NCBI GenBank assembly: GCA_002633005.1
Contig: NMRA01000235.1
Coordinates: forward strand, 236,808 to 300,807
Source: Phoronis australis
Lineage: Eukaryota; Animalia; Phoronida
Reading direction: 5' to 3'
Length of the DNA stretch: 64,000 nucleotides
Shown here: piece by piece, positions 1 to 12,631 of the stretch
Layout of the letters: each line of letters begins with the position of its first letter
Numbering within the stretch: the stretch's first letter is position 1
Translations under genes and position numbers: made by a program
The notes under the pieces: model-generated
Databases searched by the model: none
The model's input: only the letters and a program-made list of their open reading frames with translations
What the model was told of the DNA's origin: nothing

Positions 1-1698
1 TTGTTGAAAGCCATGAACTACTCTGTTCACATGCACTCTTTACAGGTTTGTTGGTTTCTTATTGGTCACCTTGCCAAAGTTCAAAGGTTCAGAGTACTTT
101 ATTGTTTTATGGTCTTTGACCAAATGATGTCACTTTTCAGAAATTGAAAATAAAATATTCAAAATAAGTGTTGACTTATCAATTTGGGTTACTGTGGTTA
201 CTTGAAATGAGAGTTGACGTCTGAGGGTCACCTTTAGTGTGAGCTACTCCGCATGCATATGTTGAACAAACTATTCCAAATTCTTCTGAATTGAAAAGTT
301 ATGTGTTCGTAATTCTTAAAAGCGTTTTCAAACTTGTATGTTCAGTTTTAACTTTTCTTTCATAGCTTGAAATTTTTTATCTATGCTTTGTTTGGTTTGT
401 GTTTTGCGGTGAAATCTCTTGCTTTGCCTTTTAAGGTTATGCAGGACTTTAGTTTGACTAATTTTGGACATTATATCTTAGAAGTGTCAGATTCTTGTGA
501 AACTTTCAGAGATTGTGCTTTATACACTTATGAGAATTGATTTTAAATTTTCCACTTTTGGTTGAGGGGCTATCAAAAACAGGTCTTTATAAATATTATA
601 AAAAACAAAAATTACATANCTGCCTAACTTCCCACGGTCTCGCCAGAAGGAAGGTCGTGACCTTGTCCAGGCCTTGTTGAAAGCCATGAACTACTCTGTT
701 CACATGCACTCTTTACAGGTTTGTTGGTTTCTTATTGGTCACCTTGCCAAAGTTCAAAGGTTCAGAGTACTTTACTGTTTTATGGTCTTTGACCAAATGA
801 TGTCACTTTTCAGAAATTGAAAATAAAATATTCAAAATAAGGGTTGACTTATCAATTTGGGTTACTGTGGTTACTTGAAATGAGAGTTGACATCTGAGGG
901 TCTCCTTTAGTGTGAGCTACTCCGCATGCATATGTTGAACAAAAAAATTCGCAGATTGGAGTTGAAGCTCGTGAGTGTGAACTTCATGTGTTTTGGGAAA
1001 TCAAATGAGCAGCCACACTAATATGTTACGTACTGCTGTTACCGGCTGTATATTAGTTAAATTATTTACTGAGCACGGGTGATTAACAGTGAAACATTAG
1101 GGGTTGGATTTTTATCTGAACATGGACGTTAATACCGTTATGTATGGTGTATAAGTTACCACAGTTTTTTAAGTTATTGTTTTTGTGACTCACAACAGCC
1201 ATGTGCTGTGTAACAAACAATACGAAGGCTTGGTGGCCTATCTAGAATGTGGTTGTCATGACCTCTTCAAGTCCAATTGGAAATCAGTTTTAAAATTAAA
1301 GTTAGTTGAAAACTAAAGTACGAAAAGTATTGTGTGCGATTCTATCATTCTGCTCATCTTGGTAATCAAACTATTCCAAATTCTTTTGAATTGAAAAGTC
1401 ATGTGTTCGTAATTCTTAATAGCGTTTTCAAACTTGTATGTTCAGTTTTAACTTTTCTGTCATAACTTGAATTTTTTTATCTACGCTTTGTTTGGTTTGT
1501 GTTTTGAGGTGAAATCTCTTGCTTTGCCTTTTAAGGTTATAATTTTGGACAACATATCTTAGAAGTGTCAGATTCTTGTGAAACTTTCAGAGATTGTGCT
1601 TTATACACTTATGAGAATTGATTTTAAATTTTCCACTTTTGGTTGAGGGGCTATCAAAAACAGGTCTTTATAAATATTATAAAAAACAAAAATTACAT
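1..1698. repeat. Near-identical duplication (1-618 versus 674-1698) separated by a single N; probably uncollapsed alleles
   Basis: Direct sequence match. Copy 2 has a 427-bp extra segment (~944-1370) and copy 1 has a ~19-bp extra segment. The n at 619 marks the join. Confidence 0.85.
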
Positions 1699-2121
1699 AA
1701 AACGGAAAGGAGCAGATGATTTATAAAATTTTGACAGCATTTTTGAGTTTAACATTTATATCAAACGAAATTTGTTAATGTTTCCTATGAATGTTCCTTT
1801 CTTTTTTGATATTTTGGTAGAAAAATATGGTCACATGTCCCTATAAATGACAGATGATAATCATATTCTACAGAACCTTTACCTTGAGAAAATACATTTT
1901 TAGTGTTTAGTATTTAATCTATAGTTTTTATTAGTGTTGTTGACCAGGCCCTTCATAATCTCCATTAGTCTAGAGAGTGTTCTAAGTGACATGGTATTAA
2001 GTTATTGAATAACTTCAACAGGAAGGTTCACTGCCATTTTGACTCGACCTAATTAGCACTGTGTGGGACTTCATAACAGAATGGTCTAATCCCAGGTCTT
2101 CATCAATCCTTTTTATTTTAG

Positions 2122-2210
2122 GTCAAAGTTCACAAGGAAGAACTAAAGTTCCATCAAAGTGTTTATCAGCTGCAGGTCAGCTATATAGAGTCATTGATGG
2201 AAGGTGTCAG
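2122..2210 (+). CDS. Unidentified gene X, internal coding exon (VKVHKEELKFHQSVYQLQVSYIESLMEGV-R); upstream exons not found in the window
   Basis: Acceptor ttttattttag at 2121 and donor AG|gtaagt at 2211. The 89-nt exon ends in phase 2 and joins in frame to the exon at 3193. Confidence 0.8.
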
Positions 2211-3192
2211 GTAAGTCCTGCGATCAAAAAATACATTCTGTGCTCCTCTGTTCAGAATCCATACAGGGTAATAAAACAATTATCTTCTCAGTCAGGACCA
2301 TTAACCCTTTGTTAAGCTGTGTTTAGTTACACAGTCCAACAGTGAGAGTTGTATGACTAAGAGCAGGGTTCACATAGAATTTCTTTCACTCACATTGATG
2401 TCAGTTTCAACTGTCCTGTTATCTGTAATCAACTCCCTTGTTATACAACCATCCGCGAAATTCCAAGCCACTATCCGGACCACTTAGCCCCTCCAAGATC
2501 AAAATGAGTTTTGTTTTGAATTATTTTTGATAGAAATTGGTGTCTTTGGAGTAGGGGTTATTTTACTGCGGTCAGTTACCCCCATGGTCCCTTTAAACAG
2601 AGGACATCTCAGTTTACTGCCCCATTGTGCCTGCATGTACTGATGATTTCTGTTAAAGTTGAATGAGTGAAAATATTTACCTTGGAATTTATGTATTTCT
2701 CTATTTGGCTGACATATGTTAGGTGGATCGGAAACCGATTTTCAAATATCAGCAAAATTTTGTGAATTTGGATAAAATCTTTTTCACAGATATGAAGATA
2801 AACAAGACCAAAGTAATCATGACAGCTAATTTTGCTAAAAATAAAACTCACTGGTTCAACTATTAAGTAGGCATATTCTAATGACAAAATGGCGTTGCCA
2901 CTTTGACAACTTTCTTGTGACTTCACTTTCATTTTGTCTCTGACAATGAATTTGGACGCTGCCCACACAGACGGTTTTTAAAACTACCAACATCTTGCTA
3001 TTAATGTAAACATTTCTTTGCTTGCATGACCAGAAACTTGCCAAAAATGAGAAATTTCATAAAAATATTCATCATTAATTAAACACTCAACATAAGTCAT
3101 GATTTTTTCATTATCATTAAAAAATTGTGATCCATATTTAAAAGAAAAGTCTATCAGTGTACTTTGGAAGTCTGTTGTTGTCTTTTTGGTAG

Positions 3193-3343
3193 GGATTCCT
3201 ACCTCCAATTCCAGGAGAGCATGGATGCGACAGTGTGCCAGCCAATCAGAGAGATCCTGGATAAATTTTACAAGTTGAAAAATACAGCAGATGAGAGGGA
3301 ACTGAGGCAGTTTCTGGAATGTTTCAAAGACAAATCAGAACAA
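3193..3343 (+). CDS. Gene X, penultimate coding exon (DSYLQFQESMDATVCQPIREILDKFYKLKNTADERELRQFLECFKDKSEQ)
   Basis: Acceptor gtctttttggtag and donor CAA|gtaaga. 151 nt = 1+150, in phase with both neighbouring exons. The peptide looks amphipathic-helical. Confidence 0.82.
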
Positions 3344-3414
3344 GTAAGAAATTTTGTACAGGCTTTTTATTCAGTTTTGACAAGAACTTCTGTAACAGAG
3401 AACACTTCTGACTG

Positions 3415-3927
3415 AAGCGTGTTCAATAGGGGGAGCGCCCGCGAGCGATTTGAGCGCCCTCGTCCTGAACAGCTGTGTTTATGTTAGCACTCGCGAGCGT
3501 TCGCAAACGACTTCGAGAGCATGTCCGCTTAGATTTCCAAGATGGCGTCCTGCGAAGGCTTCACGTCTGCAACATATGAACCCACTATGGTCCTCAAAAG
3601 TTGACCGACTCATCCAATGGTGCGACTTAAATTGCGGGTTGCTGTAGCGAGGAACAGTTTCCTCGACGTAATTTTCGATTCTTGTCGTTCCAAGGCCTTC
3701 ACGGTTGTTGTCGTGGGCTGCCGATATTAATATTGGCAAAGATTCATCATAGTCATTGCTCAGTATGCCATAGGGAGGACTGTTAAGCTCATCGGCTAAG
3801 ACGTTCAACACAATCTGCTTCAGAGTCGCCATACTGGATCGCACAGTGAGCGCTCACAACTGTTCAGGAGCTGTTCTTTGTATTCGCGAGTACACGTTAG
3901 CGGGCACTCACTCTGTTAAAGACGCTT
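3415..3927 (-). mobile_element. Internally deleted PIF/Harbinger DNA transposon (513 bp) in the last intron of gene X
   Basis: Imperfect TIRs (AAGCGTGTTCAATAGGGGGAGCGCCCGC versus reverse complement AAGCGTCTTTAACAGAGTGAGTGCCCGC) and CTG direct repeats at 3412-3414 and 3928-3930. The - strand ORF contains YVEETVPRYSNPQFKSHHWMSRSTFE, resembling the N-terminal FKxHFRMSRxTF motif of Harbinger/HARBI1 transposases. Confidence 0.8.
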
Positions 3928-4271
3928 CTGGTATAGGGTACTCTAAGTGAGGCTTATAGCGCGCCCTGTTGACCAAAAAGAAAATGCAAATGAATGAGTG
4001 ATTAGGTGACATCTAGCACACCTTCTGTCTCATCTGAGGCAAAACATATTACTGTATGTTTAGGATGCTCAATTTCGTAACAGCCCATCACAATCGAGCA
4101 GTTGGTGCTGTGAATGATGGCTGTCATATAAGGCAAGACATATTGTGAATGCGATTTTCTAGGGTGTGAAGTATTTTACAATGACATGATTTTCAACCAT
4201 GAAACCTTATAGTTTGCATACAAATACAAATTGTCTAGATTCAAATTATTGATCATTTAATATTTTAACAG

Positions 4272-4997
4272 CTTCGTGAAATGGTGGATCTATTGTCGGT
4301 GGACGAGGGATTTTCCAAGGAGGGTTTAACAGCGCTTTCTCAATTTGGTGAAAACTTCTTCAAGTCATTGAACGCCGTGAAGAAGGAGAGTCAGATGAAG
4401 TGTGACACTGCAGCACGTGACCTGGACACAGTGAAATCTGACATGGAGGAGCATGCCAAGAATGGTTTACTGGTTTTCCAAAAGAAGGCGCTCGATGCAG
4501 AGAGCCGTGACTCTGGAGGTGGTGGGGATAACGGTGTTGAGAATGAACGGAACTGGGCTGTTAAAGCATCGGAGAGGAAGAGTGTTGAAAATAGTACAGA
4601 TATTGGCTGTGTTGTGACGGGAGTTGAGAATGTTAAAGTAGAAAATTGTCGTGCAGATGAGCCTTGTTATAATTCTGTAGGTAAACGAGTAATGAAAAAG
4701 CCACCTGCACCCAAGTCTATATCCTTGGATAGATCTCGCCGATCCATAACTTCGAGCCCTTCAGGTGGCAATAGTAGTCCTACTGTACGGACAATTCAAA
4801 GCCCCATCGCTGGTCGCCGCACTCCTGGGACCGGGCCATCGCTAGAACTTACCAGAAGGTCATCAAGTGCAGATAGTGTATCTGGAATTCCATCCCCAAG
4901 CATCAGAAAGTCTTCGTTGCCCAGCAGTCAACGCCCCCTGTCGGGCAGTATGAGTAAGCTAAAGCTGAAGCCTGGTAATCCCAAGAAGGCTCCATAG
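4272..4997 (+). CDS. Gene X, terminal coding exon (LREMVDLL...KPGNPKKAP*); helical start then Ser/Pro/Arg/Lys-rich disordered tail
   Basis: Acceptor ttttaacag at 4271, then 726 nt open to TAG; extends track ORF 4281-4997. Candidate AATAAA at 6532-6537. Confidence 0.82.
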   Translation, partial: LREMVDLLSVDEGFSKEGLTALSQFGENFFKSLNAVKKESQMKCDTAARDLDTVKSDMEEHAKNGLLVFQKKALDAESRDSGGGGDNGVENERNWAVKASERKSVENSTDIGCVVTGVENVKVENCRADEPCYNSVGKRVMKKPPAPKSISLDRSRRSITSSPSGGNSSPTVRTIQSPIAGRRTPGTGPSLELTRRSSSADSVSGIPSPSIRKSSLPSSQRPLSGSMSKLKLKPGNPKKAP

Positions 4998-6699
4998 TTT
5001 GCTCAGTAGACATTGATTTATCCAAAGGTGGTGCTCCAGTTGTGTTGACAGTGCAGTTAATAGTAACTAAATGGTTTGCTGATTCATGTTGAGATGCCGC
5101 GAACATATCATTCGGAAGGTCAAGGTTACATTACGGGGTTTCCCCATTGCTCCCAACTTGTTCGATTCTATAGCCCAACAACAAGTTGGGAAGTTTTCCC
5201 CAGTAGCCAATATCTTACAGGAATGATTAACTCCATTCTGGCAATTATGGTTGGAGGACCGGCTCTCTTTTGTTCGATAATTGCTCTAATCTCCGATCAG
5301 ACCCTATGTAGCCTGATGGCTGTGATGCTAAAAATGAAAGTTAAGTTATAACATATTTGAATATAAACCAATATCATTTCTGAATTCCTTGTCAAATTCT
5401 GATCATGTTTAGCTTTTGAATCACCAAAATTGCCCAACTAGAACAGAAGTTAAGACTATCCATTCTGCCAGATTTCAGTAACCCTTTGAAGCCTGGGAGA
5501 TAATTGGCCTGCTTGTTGTCATACGGGACAAAAGACTGTGCTGGGGAGTTAACAAAGGAGCTAGATGTTATCCTGTTCAAAACCCCTCACCTCTGAAAAA
5601 GTTGCTGAACGACAGAACGCCATCATATACGCTGGATCCAAGTGTGTACATTTAGCAAAATATCTGCAAAACTATGAATTAGGTGTTTTCCGAAAATAGT
5701 TAGCCTTTAAATTTTTGGTATATTTGACTTTATATCAATTTGAAATTAATTGGGTCACGTGGTCATGTCTCTTAATTAAAAATTCAACAAAAAATGAAGG
5801 GTCCAGTCATGGCAAAACAATGTTATTAATAACATTCCAATCTGTTTAATCGCACTGTTCAAGATCATATGTGAAAAAGTCTGTTACAGTTGTTTTTACA
5901 TTATTTTGTTTTATTTTAGTTTTGATTCTTTTTGTAAAAATGGTAAAACTTGTGTTTTCGATAGGGTCTCGTGCTAAACAGGAACTTTTTACGTGCAGTT
6001 CATAACAGCATTTTGCCAAGGACAGTGCAGAACTCATGGATTCTGATAGTTACATCTGATTCCCATCAGCGGTGTCTTAGATGTTATGTTCCAAAGTAAG
6101 ACATTATTATAGGGTCCCACATAACCTTTGTCTGTCAATTTTCTTAAAAAGAGACATTCAGGCTTGAAAACTTTCTTCACGATAAACCTCCACAGTTTTA
6201 GCTCGGGTATTTCATGCAGTGGGTCCAACCATAAGGCCTGTGCACGTCTGATGCATCGCAAAAGTTACTGCACTCTTTTTTAACCTCAATTAACTAATAG
6301 ACTAACTTCATGTATGCATTCAATGAGTGACATGGTGTCTCCAGTGTCTAGGTTGCTGGTTCTCAGTCAATCACTTGTATTGTCTATTTACAATCAACCA
6401 ACCAATGTGTTTTCAGATGTAACCTAGAATTTATTATTTTTTCTCAAAATGAATTATTTTTTAAATTTTATAAATTGTTGAAATTAGGAGCTGAGCTCTG
6501 TTGTCATGTCTGCCATTTTTATCAATTTTGAAATAAAATTTGTTGTCCACTTTGTGATCTCATCTTGACTCTTTTTTTCAATCTTCAGTAAGGACATTAT
6601 TACACCAGCAATAACAACTTGGTGTTAGGAACAGGTGTATTGTCTTGTGTTAGTAATAGGTGTCTTGTCTTGTTTTATAATCTGCAAAGGTTGATACCA

Positions 6700-8200
6700 T
6701 CACGTCAATGGGGTGCAGTGCTCAGACGGTGTTTCCAGCACGCAGGGAGGCTGAAGCTTGAATCAGTTGCTGCTACTTTGGTTATAGACTGGGGAAGATG
6801 TGACCAGTCTTTTATTGTCCCAGGAAGAAAGAATATTTGTAGAAGTCTGTTCTGGAATGTGCTGAACGGAATTTTTGTTGCTCCTGCGAGTTGTCCTAAT
6901 GTCTGGTGATGTTGCAGTGCAGGCTTGTTGAATTTTAAAGAAGGTAGGGAGACGACAATCTCAGTCTGTTGGCCGGGGGTTCCCAGCCTAGGGAACAAAG
7001 CGTTTGGGTAACTCTGCTCCGTCGTATTTCAGAAGTATTGGCAAACAAAACGTGCTGCTTGTCGTTTGATGCTTTTTAGAGTAGGATGTGGGGGTGCCAA
7101 GCTATTGGTGTTGAGAGACAGGTTCCTGTGGGGTTCTTTGAATATTATGTACTTGCTTGCGATACTTGCGTAAGTTTTATGTAGAACTTGACACTTAGTT
7201 GCGTTGAAGTACATCTGCCATTTATTTGCCCAGTTGATGAGTGAGCAGAGCTTATAATTTTTCTCTTTAAGAGTATTTCCTCTAGTTTTGATTTCGATTT
7301 GCTTATTTGATCTCCAGTTTCCTTATTTTTCGTCTCTTTTTATCATTATTTTGACTTTTTTATTCAAAAACGTTTATTTCATTTAAATTTTACAACACAA
7401 AAATATTTCTTTCACCCAAGCCTATCTCTTTGTGGAATGATATATCACCTGGAAATTTTTCCTCTTTTGTCATTAGTCGGTTCCAAGCCCTGAGTGAGTC
7501 TAAATGTTCCTGAAGTATATTATTGTCGTTGTTTTGATTTTGCGATAATGAGCCGGTCGTCTGCATACAGGCGGAGCCCGGTATCAGTTGAAATGTCCTT
7601 GGCAAAGTCATTGATGAACCAAACAAAAACAGGGGAGGTGTCGGGGGGGNGACACTGGATTAAACTGGAATGAAGCTTGAAAGTTTTCCATACACCATTA
7701 CTCGTTGTTTTCGTTTGCTTAAAAAGCTGAGGTCCAGGATAGGACATTTCCACCATCACCATAGCAACGGAGCTTGGTCAGAGACAACGTCGAACGCCAT
7801 TCGAGAACGATGACATCCGATTGGCCACCGGTGTCAATGCATTTACCTAGGGTGCGGATCAGTTAGTGATATTTGCATTTGTGGTTGCAACGGAAATCAT
7901 GCTGTCGGTCGTCTGAGAACAAGGTGGTTATCAAGTTGAGTTATAACGTTAGAGAACATATACTGTTCTACTTCTAGCAATTTGCTGATGATCGAAGTGG
8001 GAAATACTGGTCTGTAGCTTGCCGCCTTTGTGTGGCCCTTTTTCTTGAAAACGGGATTTGTATCTGATGTTAGCCAGTCTTCTGGCAAGGTGCAAGATTC
8101 CAATAATAATTGAAAAATGTGTTTGAGTACAGGGACGATTTCGTCGGCCAGTTTCTCCGAAAAACCTATAGGCGGGTAAACTGTTCACATTGCCAAATTA
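6700..8200 (-). mobile_element. Decayed non-LTR retrotransposon (CR1/L2-group LINE), reverse transcriptase and C-terminal fragments
   Basis: Frame-shifted pieces LPEDWLTSDTNPVFKK..YRPVFPTSIISKLLE, FINDF...LRLYADD, FNATKCQVL, QAARFV and FFLPGTIKDWSHLP. Interrupted by AT-rich sequence and an n at 7650. Confidence 0.85.
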
Positions 8201-11200
8201 TTTAGTAACTTAGAGATGCCATCGGTAGAGATGTAAACGTGCTTCAAACATTTTCCTCTGATTGCAGTCATCGTACAAAGCTTATTAAACTTTTCTATTT
8301 GGAATTTTCAGTTATGGAGATGGTGGTGAGAACCAATGAGATAAGTATAGCTATATGTATATAACTCATTGGTACGGTTGTGACGGAGCCTTTAGCTAAA
8401 TAAAACGATACTTCAAAACGTCTCCTAGCGCTACCTTGTGTTCAGTCTGGTGAAACATTGAAACTGACAAAACAAGCTATTTTGGGCCTAACGAGTTAAG
8501 AAAGGCATTGGGCTGGAATGGAGATGTTTGACACTCAATTAAACACCTGCCTATTACAGTTAGTGGTTATGTTGCGTAAGGTGGTAGTAATGATGGGGTT
8601 TGTACTCAATGTTGCTCGCTGTCCCACTATGCCCTTCCAGTGTTCTATTAGTTAACGGTTCAACAATTGCCCCGTTAGTAGTATTCAGCCTCGTGTTGCC
8701 CTATTGTTCAAAAAGTCATGATTGCTGGATCATGGGGTTTGTGTTCTTTGTTGAAAGTTCAAATGCACCCGCATAACTTCCGTATTTTCTGGTTTGTTAA
8801 CTGCTGTTGATGTAATGGAGGTCAAAACAAGTTGTGCACACGGGTTAATATTTTATTTTGAAATGTGTAGATATTGATCCCAAACAATTTCCTACAAAGG
8901 TATAGTTTGTTATTTTAAGTCAGAGTTCGTCATAGCGACGAGCGCCGTTTCAAAAATTCGTGCAAAACATGATTTGTTTCGTGTTCATTAGTGGTAAATT
9001 GACTGACTTGTACCGGTATGCAAAGTTACTTGAACAAAAGCTACTGCAGCTGTAAGAATTACGTCTCATAGTCGCCTTAACATTTCTACATGTATATTGT
9101 GGTTGTCGGAGGCATGAGGTATCATGCCGAAAAGTAGTCGTTCTTCGCTGGCTGCAGCGGTGGGAATAGAACGACTTGAAATGATGGCGATAAGTGGACA
9201 CGTACTACTCGTATTAACGGCTTAATCTCTTTAAATGGTTCTTTAAGACTTTCTTTATGATACTAGCTGATTTAATTCATCTTCAACTTGGTAACACACA
9301 TAATGATTCGAGATCTATCTGTGACAGATGAATAACGTTTTCAGTGAAGTATAATGACAGCTATAATCCGCGAATAATCCTGTTACGATGTCTCTCAATT
9401 CAATCCCACAAATTGATATTGAAGATCCAGTCCTACTGTTTATTTGTGACTCACCGAACGAGACAGCTGACCTCGTGGCCCGGCTCAGGAAACACGCACC
9501 CTAATTTGTGAAAACCGTGTACAGGACGTGTAAATTTGCTTTTTCTTTAATTCCAAAAACGTTCTTAGACTGTAGTGCAAAAAGACGATTTTGTTTGGGT
9601 AAAACTACGCGTCCATCTCCAGACTGCTGAACACTCTTGTACTGGTGCGGAACGAACAAATATTACTTTATTTTGTAGTTCCTTAAATTTTTAGTCACTG
9701 AATAGAATCTATGGCCAACTTAATGCAAAGTTTGTAACTCACCTTTAACAGCAAGAACACATGTCGAACATTCAGGCGTTTTTATTTGGATTGCCCTGTC
9801 AAAAATTATAGCGAGCACAGTGATGCATCCTTTCTATTTGAAGTGCGCCGCCCGCCAAAAGCGGGAAATGGTGTCGAGAAAACCTAGACATGGATTTAGC
9901 AACATTGATCGGTTACGTTGTTGAGGAGGTTGCCCGCCTTTAAAAATTCTTCGTAATTCTTACTGGCGGACACTATAAATGTATCTGTCTTCCTAAATAC
10001 TGCACCTGTGGTTCGTGATTTAGCCAAATAACAGAAAATTTAAATGCGTAAACGGAAGAACTAATTACTTAAAGGTTTTAATTGGCATATCATTTGTATA
10101 ATCTTTTTACTAGTGTCCATGTCTGTCCTGTTTGTAATTAAGTTAATCTGGAATTGCTTTCAGGAAATTATATAAACCAAAGTGTGAAAAAAAAACACTT
10201 TTTTTGACAAAAAGGAAATCGAGCCCGGTACCCCGTTTATTGCATCATGTGCACAGCTGATACCTGTGTTCTCATAACAGCCCCGGGGCCTCGTGTCAGA
10301 CTAGGGTTATTACCATTCAGAAAGCATTGGCCATTGTCACTATTTAACTATTTGTAATGCGCACAATGTCCGTCGAGTAGCCGTCCACCGGTAACGACGT
10401 GTAATCGCTATCTGATACACTTAAAATTTAATTTGCGGTAATAATCCGCCGACCCTTGATCCGTATTAGGCATCCTTGAGAGACGGTACTCGGTGAGTTC
10501 AGGGACAATTAGCGGTCATTAAAGCGAGATTACTGGGGCCAGTTCAGCACGTTACACACCTTATTTCAATTTAGTTTAAAGTGGCATTAAGCCCGAGTTT
10601 TGTGACAAAAACACAACTTTTGGTTAACACCACTTATTGATGTCAAATTGGTCACAATCTGCTCCTTTAGTCATAATGTCTATGATTTATTGGGTTGGAA
10701 AGAAACTACAAATGGTTATTTCTCCAGAACTAGCTTATCAATTCTCATGGAGTGACCTGAGCTGTCTTGGGAGAAATAACAAACCGTCAGTTCTTCCCGA
10801 TCCAAGGGGTAACTTCTGAACTGGACGAGGCAAGAAAATAATACCAACGTTATAACCTTAAGTGGCCAGGATCTAAATTGAAAACAGCCATGAGTTCAAG
10901 CTATCGCTGTAAAAACAAAATAACAAACTGATTTAGTTAAACTGGCTTCTCTTTGCCATATGATAGGCCCAAGAAGACATCTCGCTTCACTTAAATTAAT
11001 AAGTACATTGGTTGTAAGTTTACTTTTTGAATTTTTGGTAAAATAAGAAGTGGGCACGAGCTTGGCCATCTGTCGTCTTGTGTTAATCAATTGCACGGGT
11101 GTTTCTCACTTTTAATGTTAAGGACATTTTTGCCCTTTTTGGTCAATTTATCACTTCGACTGAGTTTTACCATTACAAAAAAGAAGCAAAGTAGACAGCA

Positions 11201-12145
11201 ATTCATAAAATCATCAGGCTGTATTTGTATGGCAAGGTGGACAGGTTTATCATTTTAAATTTGGAAGAAAAATCAAAATTATAATTGAAAATTAGTGGTA
11301 AAATTAGTGGTAAAATGTTTACTCTAAAAAAACTGATTCTTGTTTAAAGCAACAAGTTTTGGAAGAATTGGTTTGCATGGCGCAACGACCACTAACTAAC
11401 ACCGGTAAAACAGTTCAAGTCAAAATGAAAAAGGAATCAATCCAGTCTTCCCCTACCGGACACGCTGGCAACCAGCGAGTCCAGTCCACGTACTCGGTAG
11501 AGTACCAGAGTGAGACTATTCAATCAGTGCATAATTTATTTTGACTAAATGTTTTATTAGTTAGTTTCACTACGCACGGTACAAACGACTGAACAACACA
11601 TCCAAGCAAACACTGACGGAGTATTAATATTGTTCAATATTGTTCAATATTCCATAAAATAAATATTCGTTGATACGTTGACACGTAACCTAATATCGAC
11701 ATGATATAAAATTAATAGATTTAACAATGTTATTTTACAGATCTGTACAATTCTTAACATGATAACAATAACACACTGCAATAATAACTTAAACCATTTT
11801 AGAACCGTTTAAAAACAGTCCTTCGTAATGTAGTGACCTAACTCAGGTCTCCATCGTGTTTTTGCTCGTGCACCTAGTTCAGTGCTACAAGCGCTACCCC
11901 ACGCAGTCAGCACCACAGCTAAAACAAAGCAAGTGTCACTTGGCCATGGACTTTTCAAGCTGTTGAATTCTATGTGCATTCCTTGTAAGCACCGGAAGTC
12001 TAGTGGTTGTCATGACAACACTCAGGCGCTCAATGGGCACCTATCTCGTGTTTATGTTAAGGTATCTGGGCTCAGACTAGACTGAGGCGTTTAAAGAATC
12101 GCAAAATGAAAGTACGAACAGTATACTACGAGAACATCCGTGACC

Positions 12146-12631
12146 TTACGCATTTAACAGGGTATTGTGTTCTTTAGCCCTATGACGTAGTGAGTCTATG
12201 CTAGTCTTTCTCAAGTCCAAAGACGTTTGTTCCCTTTGACCACCCGAAGGCAGTGGTAACGAAGCACTTGGATGTGATGCGGCAAGCATGGCGGCGTGAT
12301 ATGGCGACGGTGCCGCCACTGCCGCCGATTTTACAGTGGCTGCCTGAGCTTGATACAATTGAGCCAAGGCCGATAGGCTGCCCACGTGAGGCACCGTCAT
12401 CATTAAAGGACTGTATGCCAAAGCACCGGGAAGTGTGCCCGCGGCCAACGCTGCCCAGGAGGCCGGGTCTGTCATGGTTGCTGAAAGCCCCGGGATCAAC
12501 CACGGTGATGGAAGTCTTGACAAATCTCCTCGCAATGGTGAAATCTGGTCCACTTCAATGTAATTAGGGCTGTCGCGTCCCATCGCCTTTTCTCGCTTGC
12601 GCCATTTGGCACGTCTGTTCTGGAACCAAAC
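12146..12631 (-). CDS. Hbn: Homeobrain exon 4: homeodomain helix 3 (VWFQNRRAKWRKREK), Ala/Pro-rich region and OAR domain (RKTSIDSLRHRAKEH), stop
   Basis: Acceptor tttttcttag on the - strand; 486 nt to TAA. AATAAA on the - strand at 11535-11540 and 11553-11558. Confidence 0.93.
   Translation of the reverse strand, partial: VWFQNRRAKWRKREKAMGRDSPNYIEVDQISPLRGDLSRLPSPWLIPGLSATMTDPASWAALAAGTLPGALAYSPLMMTVPHVGSLSALAQLYQAQAATVKSAAVAAPSPYHAAMLAASHPSASLPLPSGGQREQTSLDLRKTSIDSLRHRAKEHNTLLNA

Noticed and set aside
5151-5191. 3' UTR hairpin as a SECIS or IRE
   Set aside because: Lacks the AUGA/GA quartet with apical AA and the CAGUGN loop; the coding sequence seen has no in-frame TGA.
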